NCBI GenBank assembly: GCA_900088475.1
Contig: FLMG01000335.1
Coordinates: 196,692-260,691 of the forward strand
Source of the DNA: Hyphochytrium catenoides
Taxonomy: Eukaryota > Protista > Hyphochytriomycota
Direction: 5' to 3'
DNA: 64,000 nucleotides
Shown piece after piece: positions 49,258 to 60,875 of the stretch. The notes under the pieces are model-generated. The model saw nothing but the letters and a program-made list of their open reading frames with translations, did not search any database and was not told the DNA's origin. Every line of letters starts with the position of its first letter. The stretch's first letter is position 1. Both the position numbers and the translations under genes were made by a program.

Positions 49258-50415
49258 CTACTTCCTCTTTCCACCTGGCTTCTTCTTCGCTAGCTTGGCC
49301 TTCAGTTTCTCCGCCTCTCCTGCCTTGCTGGCATCCTTGGCAGCCTAACAGGGAGGCAGGTGCTCGTTAGCTTTAGAGAATATGGAGCATTAGGCATGAA
49401 CTGTATTGCTTCTTCATAGGCGCATCCCTTTACCTTCTCTTCGAGGCGCTTTTTTGCGGCCTCCTCGCGCTGCTGGCGTAGGAGTCTAAGTCGATCTAGA
49501 TCAGCGTCGCCTGTACAAGGTGCTCTGTGTAAGTGCTCAGGGGACAAGCATCTTCGGCAATTCTTCAACCGCTATTCTACTGGTATGGCACGAGCGGGGT
49601 GCTTCCGCCTCAATGCCCTGTCCTTGAATAATAGCGTACCTTGTCGTCCACTGCCTGGACTTCCTTTGACGTCTAGCAACTCAATTTCAAAGACCAAAGT
49701 AGCTCCAGGAGGAATGTCTTTGCCGGAACCCGCCTGAAACAGGGAACTGATCAGCCACCAGCGAAGTTACACCTTTACAGTCTCTCTTCATACGCTACCG
49801 TCAGGCCTGATGGGTGACAGGCCTGATTATGGGGTCCATCCTTCGAGAGACGCAGCGACTTAGACTCACCTCTCCGTAGCCGTACTCAGAAGCAATCTTG
49901 AATTCCGCTTTCTCTCCTACTCTCATAGTCTTGATGCCTATCTCCCATCCTTTAATCACCTTGGCCTCTCCAACCTTGAAGACGTAGGGATAAGAGCCAA
50001 GATTGCGGTCGAACTCTATGCCCTTATGGGTCCCAATGTAGTTAACATAGCAGGTGTCACCCTAAGCGCCAGAAATTAGTGGGCGGAGGAGGCCAGTTAG
50101 ATCACCAGTTTAGAGGCAATGAGAAGTTGTCAGAGACGACTAAAAATGGCCGCATAATAACTATGGGCACCTGACAATGACGAAGGAGCAGAGGGATCTT
50201 TAGACCTCTGAGAAGGTGCTTGATCTCTCGCAGCACATGGAGAATGCGGATCAAGGGAATAACCAGCATAGCTAAGGCATTGTCAAACCATTCCGGTTGC
50301 TCACCACGTCAGGTAGACTTTGACTGTCGTCTGTGGCCGCTTTTAGCAACTTTTTAAGCACCCCGCCATCATGATCCGGAGTTACGTCTTCATAGCTCCC
50401 CGTCGTTTGACTCAT
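49258..50415 (-). CDS. FKBP-type peptidyl-prolyl isomerase with basic coiled-coil tail (FKBP20-1-like), 5 exons
   Basis: MSQTTGSYEDVTPDHDGGVLKKLL | GDTCYVNYIGTHKGIEFDRN...KVIKGWEIGIKTMRVGEKAEFKIASEYGYGE | AGSGKDIPPGATLVFEIELL | ...REEAAKKRLEEK | ...KKKPGGKRK*. Most of the domain is missing from the ORF track because the exons are short. Confidence 0.92.
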
Positions 50416-51482
50416 CAAAACCATTCAGAAGGGAGAAAGACTAGAGCAGTCGAGGCACAGTCCAATAGTAGTGGGCGACAAGGGGTCTGCTGTCTTCTCA
50501 CCAACTGTATTCCAGAGAGAGAGAGGGATGCGCTAAAGTACCCGGATAGGTATGGACAGCCAAAGGAAATAGCGGAAATGACAGAGCACCGATCTGCAGC
50601 AGAGCACAGATCTGCCAGGAAGATCACATCTTCTCTCCTCAAGGCCCTTCAAGGGCGGCAACCCACCGCAATGCCGCAATGTACCGCCGAAAAAAGTTAG
50701 AAGAACTGGGCAAGCGCCATTACTACTCAAGTTCCTTATAACAACAACTACAGCATGGCAGTGAATGGCCGCCTGTAATATGATAAAAAGCGCAACAAGA
50801 TGTTTGCTGTAAGGCGCGCTGTGCACGTTGTAGCACTAGCCGTTATATCCTCTTGGATCGCTGGTTGAAGAAGCAGCAGCACAAAAAATAGAAAAAGGCG
50901 ACAGTGGACGATCAATAAGGTTAGAAGAAAGAGGAAGGTCATCTGGAGAAGATCTGCAGAAACTCCTCTGTCGTTCAAAGGAAGATTGGGAAAGTGGAGG
51001 CTCCCAAACCTGCAGCAGCAGCCAATTCTCTTCACTCACTAGTTAGTACGAGTAGTCTCTTCATTGTGACAAACGAATCTCTGTGCGTTATGTGTGGCAT
51101 TATGGCCAGGACAGTAGCTGAGTCTCGGTCTCGGGTATCTATCTCCTTGATTGAATAGCATGTGGAATTGACGAGTGGCTGTCAAACTGCAGTTTGAGAA
51201 AGCGATGCTGGAGCTTCGTTCGGGCATTTCCCTATCTTGCTTAACAGAGATATTACTCACTCCTGTCCGTCCCCGTATTCCCTGCTGAGTCATTAGAGCT
51301 AAGAATAGGTTCGTTGCAAATCATGGCAGGGAGAATGGGGAGGAGAGGCGTCTGTAAGATTAGGTCACTAGAAAGCCAACGTGTGGGCTTTGTGTCTCTG
51401 TTAAATGATTTCCATCCGACGAGTGCACATCAGCAAAGAGAGTTATATGTGTAGACAAGAAGCTTAAGAGTGCGGACCCCTA

Positions 51483-52910
51483 TCAATATTTAGTGTACGG
51501 TGGGAACTTATACTTGGACACGCCCGGCCAGCCAGTCGGGACGGTCGGATAGTTGTCCACAAAGGCTTTTTCCTCCTCTTCTCTAGAAGGATAACTCTGA
51601 CGACTCTCGTGGGCGTACCCGACAAAGCTACGACTGAAGAATTTCAGAGTAGCATCAATATCGGCGCTGAATGGTACCGTCTTGTTGATATTCCAGGGGA
51701 AAATCTCAGGGTGAAATTGCACAGCAAAGATTGGCAGCTTCCTGTGCTCATAGATTGAAATAAACTCTGTGCCTTCCTTATCAACGTTGGTGGCCAGTAC
51801 CCTGAAATGTTCTTTGAGAGCTGGGGAGGCATTAAAGTCCTCGGGAAAGACAGCCCAATGGTGCAGATGAACCGTGGCGCTCTGTGAAGTTAGAGTATCG
51901 AGAACTGAATCCGGAGCTTTGCTGAACAGTTTTGAATTGCGGGCTTCAGCAGTCAGGTTAAGAGAGAGTAGCAAGCCTTCCGCGTCAACAGCTTTCAGCA
52001 CATCAGGGCCCGCCTCTTGAACAGCAATGACCTCGAAGCCCTGACATGTGCCCCACAAGGGGAGGAAGGTCCCTTCCTCGTTGAGCTGCTTGACCTTCTT
52101 ATATATGAATGCGGCGGTGCGGCTATATGGGTGATGCGAATAATCGGTCGTGTTGATCACCAAGCTTCCTCCAGTGAAGAAAACCCCGTTGACCTTGCTC
52201 AAGATATCTAAGATAGCCTCCTCTGGCATGTCATAAAAGATCGGCACTACATCTGCCATTCCGCTGTGTAGGTAGGGTACATAGTTGGAAAAGAAGTAGG
52301 ATCCTCGATGGGCCATCTCCTCCATTGGGTTCATTGGCATGGAAAGGACACCGATGACTGGCTTGCCATACGGCTGTGTGTGGTGACGCAGGTTGACATG
52401 GCTATTCACGACTTGCCGTTTGGTTCTATGGTAAACTTCAGTCTCAGATCTTCTATCCGGTGCAGCGAGTCCGAAGTCAACGTAGACGCTAGATTGCACT
52501 GCCCTCTGAGCAGCTGCCCTCAGCGACAGTGGGCGATAACTCGAGACAGTGTCAGGGTGAACAGGGGCCAGCGTGGGTCTCGGAGTAAGATCTAACTTCT
52601 CCTTTCCTACTGAGGCCGAGTTGGCAGAGGCAAACTTTAGTTCCAGTCAGTCATTCAGGACTCTGCTAATCTACTTACCCTCCCATCCTCCGGCTTCTTC
52701 TTCCGTTATCGCCGTAAGCACAAAAAGCACCGCCAGACAAGCAAACGCGGAAAGACTAAAGAAAACATTTAGCCGCTGAATAAGTGGAGAGGCGGTGGTC
52801 CTCTCCTTGTATCTCCGTCCGTATTCCGGAGACTCCTGTATTGCTTCCTCTCTTCCACTTAGGAGATAGTGCATCTCCTCCTCCTCTAGTGAGGTTGCTA
52901 CTCTCTCCAT
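51483..52910 (-). CDS. GGH: Gamma-glutamyl hydrolase (peptidase C26) with N-terminal membrane anchor, 2 exons
   Basis: KPVIGVLSMP, NGVFFTGG, PLWGTCQGFE (catalytic Cys), IFAVQFHPE (catalytic His-Pro-Glu); exon 1 MERVATS...VFFSLSAFACLAVLFVLTAI joined by a gtaagt...tag intron at about 52608-52677. Confidence 0.92.
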
Positions 52911-53808
52911 GGCTCCCGATATGTGGTCTTCTCCTACGAAGCAGAAGGAAGATACCAATATCTTCTGACCTGCCTGAGGCCTTTGCCAACAACTTGCTGT
53001 TGAAGCTCTGACGGCCTTGCTTTGCTGTAAGACTTCAACTTGGCCTTCAAGGTTCATAGTTCTATCTTCACTGCTGCAATACAAAGAGGAGGTGAAGGTG
53101 AAGATCCAAGATCCATCCTGCGAATCATCGAACAGAAAGGAACCTTTCATCAGAGACCAGCATGAACAGAGTCACAGACAGAGGTCTGAGAGATACCACA
53201 AACCGATAGATAAGTTCTTGCGAGAACTAGCCAGAGTAGTAGAGACATGAAGACAAGAGTGAGAATCGACTGCAAGGATCAGAACACAGCTCTTTTAGCA
53301 TCCTATAAAGGTAACCCAAATCCAGTAATCGGAACCTCGTGGCGCAGAGTTATCGAAAATAATTTCAAGGCTGAGAGCACAGTCATAAACACAGTCATAA
53401 AGGAAGCTGGAGTCCCAAAATTAAAATGCTGTTGGTTACACAGGAAGATGCCCACCAGACGAAACTATGGGAGGTCCATAGTTATAGTTCTGTACACTGC
53501 GTTTATGAGTGCTTGCAGTTGAGACTTTTGAACTCGAGCTTTCTGATGGTTCTGATCTCATCTTCAAAGCACCTTTGTACTTGCCTGGAAAGTCTGGAGT
53601 TGGCCGGCGAGAGAAGCTCCGAGAGCTCATGACGTTGGGAAGACGGGAAGAGCAAGCATTCATCAATAGGTTTGGGGTTTGGTACAAGCCAATCCTATCC
53701 TCGCAGCAAAGCTAGTCACGGGTGTTGAAGTCACGCCTCAACAACCTCTGCTCCTGCCAGATTATAGACCTGCGATCTACTAATTACCTCAAAAGGTGGA
53801 GCAGAACT

Positions 53809-54795
53809 GATGGAGGAGGATGGCCAGAAGGACAAAAGAAATCAGGATGAACCCGCGGTCAACGAGGCGCCGGCTAAAAAGCCGAAGAAGAACAATTACA
53901 AGCGAGCTCGGGAGGATGAGAGAAAACAACTCCGAGCGGAGCTTGAACTCGCCAGAAAGAACTTAATCCTCTTGGTGAGCTGCGTCTCTACTACGTTGAT
54001 GCACTGTCCTCAGCTCCTTTAAAAGCAATCTCTCAGCAACTATGTCTAAACCGAGCTCTCCCTGCTATTCTTACATTCGGTTCTGCCTTGCGGCTGCACA
54101 GGCAAGAGAGCACGCCAGGACCTCAACGCTCTTAAAGCATTATATGGATACTGATGATACCCTGTTTAGCAGCAGCCAGCTAGATTATGCCAGCCAGGCT
54201 AGTCAAGGAGAACCCTCAACTCTTGGTCCCACGTTAACAAAAACCAATAGCCTCACAGGGGGACCTAGGCTAACGAAGACGAACAGCTTGACAGCCAGTC
54301 TGCCAGGAACTCTGTCGTCTCAAGACCTACTGCCCTCCCTATCTCAGGTCCGTCTACGTTGTCTGCCTTCCCTTTCGCTAAACGCAACTCCCTTTCGCCT
54401 TATCTAAGCCTGTTTTGGGGGTCCCGTCAACTTTGAATACACTTGTCGAAGACTCTGCGTACTCACACCAGATGCTCTTGATAACAGGAGCTGCAAAATT
54501 ATAGCCAAGTTAGCAATCCAGAGAGTGTCAACAGCATCTCAGACATTCTCTCCTTCTTAGATCGGCATGATAAGCTCGACCTTGAACGGTAAGCCAGAGA
54601 CCTAACTGCGTTCACTTGGCGAGGGCACTATTAGAATTTAGATGCTAATGTTGCCTTCTTGGTTGTAGCTTGGAGCAGTTGCAGGAAGAGGTGTCAGCGC
54701 TTAGTGAGGTAAGGCAGGCAATGCAAGCTTTTATCTCGACCCGTAATGTACTTCACCATGGCAGAATTGCGAGAAAACAAGACTTCGTAGTATAA
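53809..54795 (+). CDS. Hypothetical protein, basic coiled-coil N-terminus and duplicated LTKTNSLT motif, multi-exon
   Basis: MEEDGQKDKR...KKPKKNNYKRAREDERKQLRAELELARKNLILL | AREHARTST...LTKTNSLTGGPRLTKTNSLT... | ELQNYSQ...DLER | LEQLQEEVSALSE...; phase-consistent GT-AG joins; last exon ambiguous. Confidence 0.6.
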
Positions 54796-54882
54796 GTATC
54801 TTAACCGGGCGCCCTGAGAGCAACCGTCGCATCTCTCTGTATGTGCCGAATGGCTCTTAAAGTAAGGACTAAGACATTACTC

Positions 54883-55779
54883 ATGAAGGTGGTAAGAGTC
54901 GGCGTAGGGACATTATTGGTCTCAGACAAGCATCAAGGCTGTGTTTTGGTAGGCACCAGAAAGAACTCTCACGGGCACGGCACTCTGCAGCTCCCAGGTA
55001 CATGAACAGTACAAGTAGCACTCGTTACAATGGCACTTCCTACTTTTGGTCTTTGTCTCCTTGCTTCTCCATGACCTAGTTATCGTTCTCTAACAAGACT
55101 GTCACTGTCAAGGGGGCCACCTTGAGTTTGGCGAGGAGCTAGCGGATTGTGCTAAAAGAGAGGTCATGGAAGAGACAGGTAAGTCTTGGGATTACCAAGA
55201 GAAGACTAGAACGATTACTCCTACGACAAGGAAAAGGGATGGATAGACTCTTGCTGAGGCTCACCGTGAACTTTACATAGGCCTTGCAGTTAATAGCTTT
55301 ACGTTCCAGACCATCACGAATGACATCTTTTTGGAAGAAGGTGTGCTTTCTTTGCTCGCTCCTTAAGAGCTCTGTAATCTAACCTACACCTTACCCTAAG
55401 CCTTGTCCTTGTTTTGTCTTTGGGCTACGTTCTATCTGGCAAAGCATGTCCATTTGGTAGCCTACGGCAGAGTGTGACGCTATTCTAACTACATTTGTGT
55501 GTCTAGGGAAGCATTATATTACAATTTTTATGCTTGGTCATGTCGGTGGAGATCAAGAGCCTCAACTGATGGAACCAGACAAATGTGAAGGTGAGGTGTC
55601 ATCCCTCAAGAGGAATTAGTAAATGCTTTTGCGGACTTATCTGCGTCTTATTTGCCTCAGGCTGGGAGTGGAAGTCGTGGCAGTCGCTGAAGAAACTGGC
55701 CAAATCAACAGCCACGGCATCTCGAGTCTTCACTCCGCTACGGAACCTCCTCAAGACGAGCTATTCACCATTCCACTAG
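54883..55779 (+). CDS. Nudix hydrolase, NUDT15 / plant NUDT1-like, 5 exons
   Basis: VRVGVG...VLVGTRKNSHGHGTLQLP|GGHLEFGEELADCAKREVMEET|G (Nudix box), TNDIF, KHYITIFM, EPQLMEPDKCE|GWEWKSW. In-frame upstream ATGs at 54841 and 54850 are alternative starts. Confidence 0.92.
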
Positions 55780-56185
55780 ACCGGCAAAGCGCCTTGCTTT
55801 GCCCTTCCTTGAATTTCAGCTAATGGAGCACCATCCCAGCTGAGCAACCACTCTATTTATTGCTAACAAGCAGCAATTCTCCGCGGAGAAGAGAGCCTAC
55901 TACGCAGCCACCTGGCACGGCTTAGTCGCTGCACTAGAAACTAACCTCTGGGCTTGGGCACTCGTACTTCGCAAGAGCTTAATGCACCTCGCTTGTCATC
56001 TGCCGCCGCCAATAGCAATCAGCAGAGAGGTGCACAATCAGAAGCTGGCTTCACAAACAACCTCCAATAATAAACTTGTGGACCTGAAATAATCGTGTAT
56101 TTTTAAGTACCGCGAGGCAACAAGGAATAATGTCCATTTGAACGTGAGCTATGGCTAAACTTGACTTTCCACAGTATACGCAATG

Positions 56186-56229
56186 TGGTTGCTCCAAATC
56201 TCCATAGTGGTTGCTCCAAATTTCCATAG
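56186..56229 (+). repeat. 22-bp tandem duplication (2 copies, 1 mismatch)
   Basis: tggttgctccaaatctccatag / tggttgctccaaatttccatag. Confidence 0.9.
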
Positions 56230-56637
56230 ATAGTCGCAATCAAACAAAGGGTCCTGGAGGAGCTCTGGTGTACTTGAAGGCCGCCAGCGGCTAACGTACG
56301 AATTGGCACAACCATTCGTCTGCGTTGGTTTCTGTTCTGATGATGAAGCTTCTGAAGTGCTTTCGACGGAAGCTGCAGGAGGTCTTCAAGGGCTGAATCT
56401 GCTGCTTGAGCCCGAGGATTGCCCTCATAACAGAGTGAGACTGGTCCCTCTATTGCCATCTCTACGAAGCTTTGTCAGTGTCAGAGTCTCAAAAGCTACC
56501 TAGTTTTTCAAATCCCTCTGTTTTTGTCTCGTTGGGCTTCACACACTCGGTGTTCCCCCGTGAGCCAGGCCGCCCTCCCCTCTGTCTCGCCGCCCCTCAG
56601 AGATTCATTGGACGAGTGAGGCTTGGCTGTAGGGAAC

Positions 56638-59600
56638 ATGAAGGTTTCAATAGCTGGAGGGGTCAAGATATACAATCTTTCTGCAGGGAAGACTCTCCCG
56701 CAATGGCTTTCCGAAAAGAGAAAAAGGGCACTGGCTAAAGATGTTGGTACGATTCTACTACTTGCCATGGTGAAGCGATCGTGATGTGAATCTTAGCTTC
56801 CGTTCATCATCTTACAGAGTATAGACGCCGAATTGAGCTAGTCCAAGACTTTGAGTTTCCCTCCGCCTCTCAGAGGGTGACGATGTCAAGGGATGGAAAG
56901 TATATTGTGACAGCAGGTACCGTCGTCGTCTGAGGCTTTCCTCTCCTTTCCCCCAGTGTCTTATCACGCTCGGGCCTGACCAACTCTTCTCAGGTACCTA
57001 CCCACCAGGAGTAAAAGTGTATGACGTTCAGGATTTGAGCATGAAGTTTGAGAGGCGTCTAGATGCCGAGGTTGTACAGATGAAGGTCAGTTTCACTATC
57101 ATCACTTGCATCCACGCCCCTCGGCCAAACACTCATCTCTTCTCTCCCTCCTTCCGGTTTGCTTTCGATACTTCTCTTCTCCCTTTCAAAATGGCCCAAC
57201 GCCCTGGTCTTACTTTGTCTTTGTGGATGTCCTTGCCATTTGGCTGACAAATAGGTTTTATCGGAGGACTTTGGAAAGATAGCATTTCTCCTTGCTGACC
57301 GAAGCGTAGCCTTCCATGCTGCTTATGGAGCCCATTATAGCTTAAGAATTCCTAAGTTCGGCCGTGACATGCAGTACCTGGAGACCCAGTGTGATCTCTA
57401 TTTCGGATGCTCAGGTGCCGCGCAAAGTCTATCTCTTCTTCCGTGTCCCTTCTTGTCGCTATTCATCTTCAATCTCAGCACCGTTTCTCCCTTCTGTCTC
57501 TATCTTGGATGTGCTAGCTGGCTAGCACCATGGTATTCCTCAGCTGTCTTTTTCCTAGTGGTGACATACTGCCATGCACTTTTTACATATGCCGTAGGGC
57601 TTTTAATCACGTCCGCTTCATGGTTCCATGTCTCATGTATGCCCTTACGATCTGCATTGTCCCTACACAGGCCCGGAGGTCTACAGATTAAATCTAGAGC
57701 AAGGCCGATATATGGCCCCACTTCAAACCAGCAGCCCAGGGGTCAATAAGATCAGCATCAACCCAGTGCACAAGCTCATAGCTACTGGTAGGTGAACGGA
57801 ACTTAATTCCGGGAGAGGACGCACGAGGAAAAGGGCTGGGCAGGTTCTTGACAGTTGGACCAAGCGGGGCAATGAGAGAGCGGAACACAAATAGGAGGTG
57901 TCAAGCGAGGATAACCTGAGGGGCAAGCGAGAGAAATCAATCATTAGGGTACTGGAGGCCAGAGACGTCAAGTGGCCTGGCTTGGAGTTTCCACTATCAA
58001 ATATCCTCTAGCGCCCTCAGCCAGTCATGTTGTTCGATTGTCTTTTGCTGCCTCCAAGTCTGATAAGATCAACATCACGCATCATAATGCCCTGATTTCT
58101 TGTTGTCCAGGCGGAGAAAATGGGATCGTACAATGTTGGGACCATCGGACGAAGAACGCCGTGGGGATGCTGGATCTCAACCCCATCGTGAGCGGTTTCC
58201 TTGGCCAGCCTTCAAACGTTGAGATCTCAGCGTTAGAGCACCATCAAAGCGATGGCTTAACACTCGGCGTTGGCACCAGTAGTGGTCATTGTCTGCTGTT
58301 TGATCTGCGATCCAGTCAGCCAGTGATGACCAAAGATCACCAATACGGACTGCCTGTCGTCAATCTCCAGTTTCACGAGTTCTCTGGCAATGTCCTGTCA
58401 GCTGATGCTAAAGTTATCAAGATATGGAACCAGAAGGAGGTAAGCGCTATGTGCGTAATCTCAAAGGACGGTCATGAGCTCAGAGAAAGGAAAGAACAAT
58501 CAAAGGGGCATCTGGGTGTGACATCATCAGGCATGTAGTAGGAGCGTCACATGCTCTTCAGATAGTAGGAAGAGTGAGACCAAAGAGAGAGTAAAGGGTA
58601 GCAACCCCAATAGGTTAACGGTAGGAAAAACCGACGCTCTTGTTGCGGGCGAATAGTTTGTAGCGGATCCCGCGACACCTCCTCATTCTCTCTCTCTTTT
58701 CCTTCTTTCTCTCTCTCTCCTGTCTTTCTTCTGCTTTTCGGGTCCAGGGCAAAATATTCGCGAACGTAGAGACACCTGCGGACATCAACGACGTTCATAT
58801 CGTGAGAGATGCTCGCGGAGACTCAGGCCTGCTTCTGGTTGCCGGCGAGCAATCTCGCGTTATGTCATACTACATTCCTGAACTTGGTACCACCTCAGAC
58901 TCGGAGCGGGCTTTCTTTTCCTCACCTGATCCCGTGAATTGTATAGGCAGTCTACACTTTGTGTCACTCTCTTCCTTCCTCTGGGATTTGATCCCTCGAG
59001 GCTGTTCTCAATAGTTAGCTCTGAAATTATCTCTTATGTTCCTCTGCCTTTCTTGGACTCACGCCCTTTCCCCTGCCCGTGTCTCTAGGTCCCGCTCCCC
59101 GGTGGTGCTCGTTCCTAGACGGTCTCACGGAGGAACTTGAAGAGGAGCAAGAGTCGACGGTGTATGACGACTACACCTTTGTCACCAAGGATGAGTTGCA
59201 GAGACTGGGCTTGGGACATCTCATTGGCACCGCAGTCCTTAAGGTGGGAGATGCTAAGAAGCAAACCATCGAGTGGGCAACAGAGACTATAAGATGGGCA
59301 GTTGCGATGGAGGTTGGATGGTAGCTGAGGTGCTTTGAGGACGTCGACAGGACGTAGGATAGAATGGGCGAAGGAGGGATAGACAGACAGAGCACGGGCC
59401 TACCTCCATGAGAGCGAAATTGCATGCTGCAAAATATCTAACATTTAGCTTCGGACAGGCTTACATGCACGGATTCTTTATGGACACACGACTGTATACG
59501 CGAGTCAAGGCTGTTGCTGAGCCGTTCGCCTATGATAAGTGGAAGAAGGAAAAACTCAAGCAGAAGCTTGAAGAAAAGAGAGAAAAGAGAATTAGCATAC

Positions 59601-60663
59601 AGCGCAAGCTTCCTAAGGTCAATGCCGACATTGCAGAAGCGATGCTTAGTAGAAAGAAGGCAGGAGACGGAGACAAGACTGCATCGAACCCTCTGGGAGA
59701 CGATCGTTTTGCTGCGATGTTTACATCTAAGGAGTTCCAGGTACATCATACATTCTCAGCATCCCTGCTGCTTTTTTCTTTATCTCTCGATCCTTGTCGC
59801 ACTATACTTCTGCCACCCTTCTGTTATGCCTCCGTCTCGCTCTTTGTGCCCTTTATTCTTCTGTCTCTGGCACTTGCACTGGGCCTCTTGAGCTCTAAGT
59901 TATACCACCGATCGCTACTTGCGTCCTCTTACTCTCTGCCCCAAGGTTGATCCTGAGTCTGAGGAGTTCAAGCTTCTCAATCCAAGTGGTGCTCGGAAGC
60001 ACAAGAGAGAAGATGAGGAAGAGAGTGAAGATGAGGTTATCGACGAACGCTTCAAAGAGGTCTCTGAGGAAAGCGAGCCGGAGGGACGAGGCAGTGATGA
60101 AAGCTCCTCGGATGAGTCGGAGGAAGAAGAGAAGGTAACTCTGAAGAAACGAAACTATCTCATGTTGACCGCGAATCCTGCTCGTCACATGTCACTGACT
60201 CTTTCTGCCTCTACCGCCCGGTTAATCAATTTGGACGTCCATGCAGACGAGTAAGCATAAGAAGAGAAAGGAGAAGCAAGAGCCACCAACACGGAAACCT
60301 AAGATGTATGAGGTAGCTGATGGGGAGCGAATCGGAAGTGCTGTGGATCTAGGAAGAGAGGAAGATCTGGAGCAGCAAAAACAGCGAAAGAAGCTACGAC
60401 AGCTCACCCTGGAAGAAAGAGTGAGGCAGGACGAAGAAGGCAACAGAGGCATTCATAGAATAGCTCAACGCGCTGTAGGAGGAGAGGGCATAGTAAGAGA
60501 GATTACCTTCATGCCAAGAGGGAGGAGCAGAGGACCCGCTGGCGGTGAGGAAAGACGAGAGAGAAGAGGAGTAAAGGAACTTCAACTTGGAGGAGGGGGC
60601 GGAAGAGGCAGAGGAGGAAGAGGCAGAGGAGGTGGACGAGGGCGAGGACGGGGGCGACGGTAG
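56638..60663 (+). CDS. NOL10: Nucleolar protein 10 / Enp2 (WD40 + NUC153), 40S biogenesis factor, multi-exon, RGG tail
   Basis: [32 protein letters not shown] | [12 protein letters not shown] | [18 protein letters not shown] | LRIPKFGRD | [17 protein letters not shown] | YYIPELG|[18 protein letters not shown]...VYDDY | AYMHGFF | [11 protein letters not shown]|[13 protein letters not shown]. Confidence 0.95.
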
Positions 60664-60875
60664 CTGAAGAAAGCAAATAACACTATTTATGGAAGAGCAA
60701 ACCATTATTATTCATTGGCTGAATGGACCGCCCTGTGCCACACTTACGCTGTGAAGAGTGTGACAGAGACAGAGCTAAAGCGGATGGTGGATGTGGCAAT
60801 TGTAGAGAGAGAGAAGGAGAAGATCCTTCGGCATACTCTTCCTTGCCCCCATCCATAGGGGTTCACCCTGTCTCC

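Noticed and set aside
51483-55779. GGH plus Nudix as a folate gene cluster
   Set aside because: NUDT1/15-like enzymes have many substrates, an unrelated gene lies between them, and no other folate genes are present.
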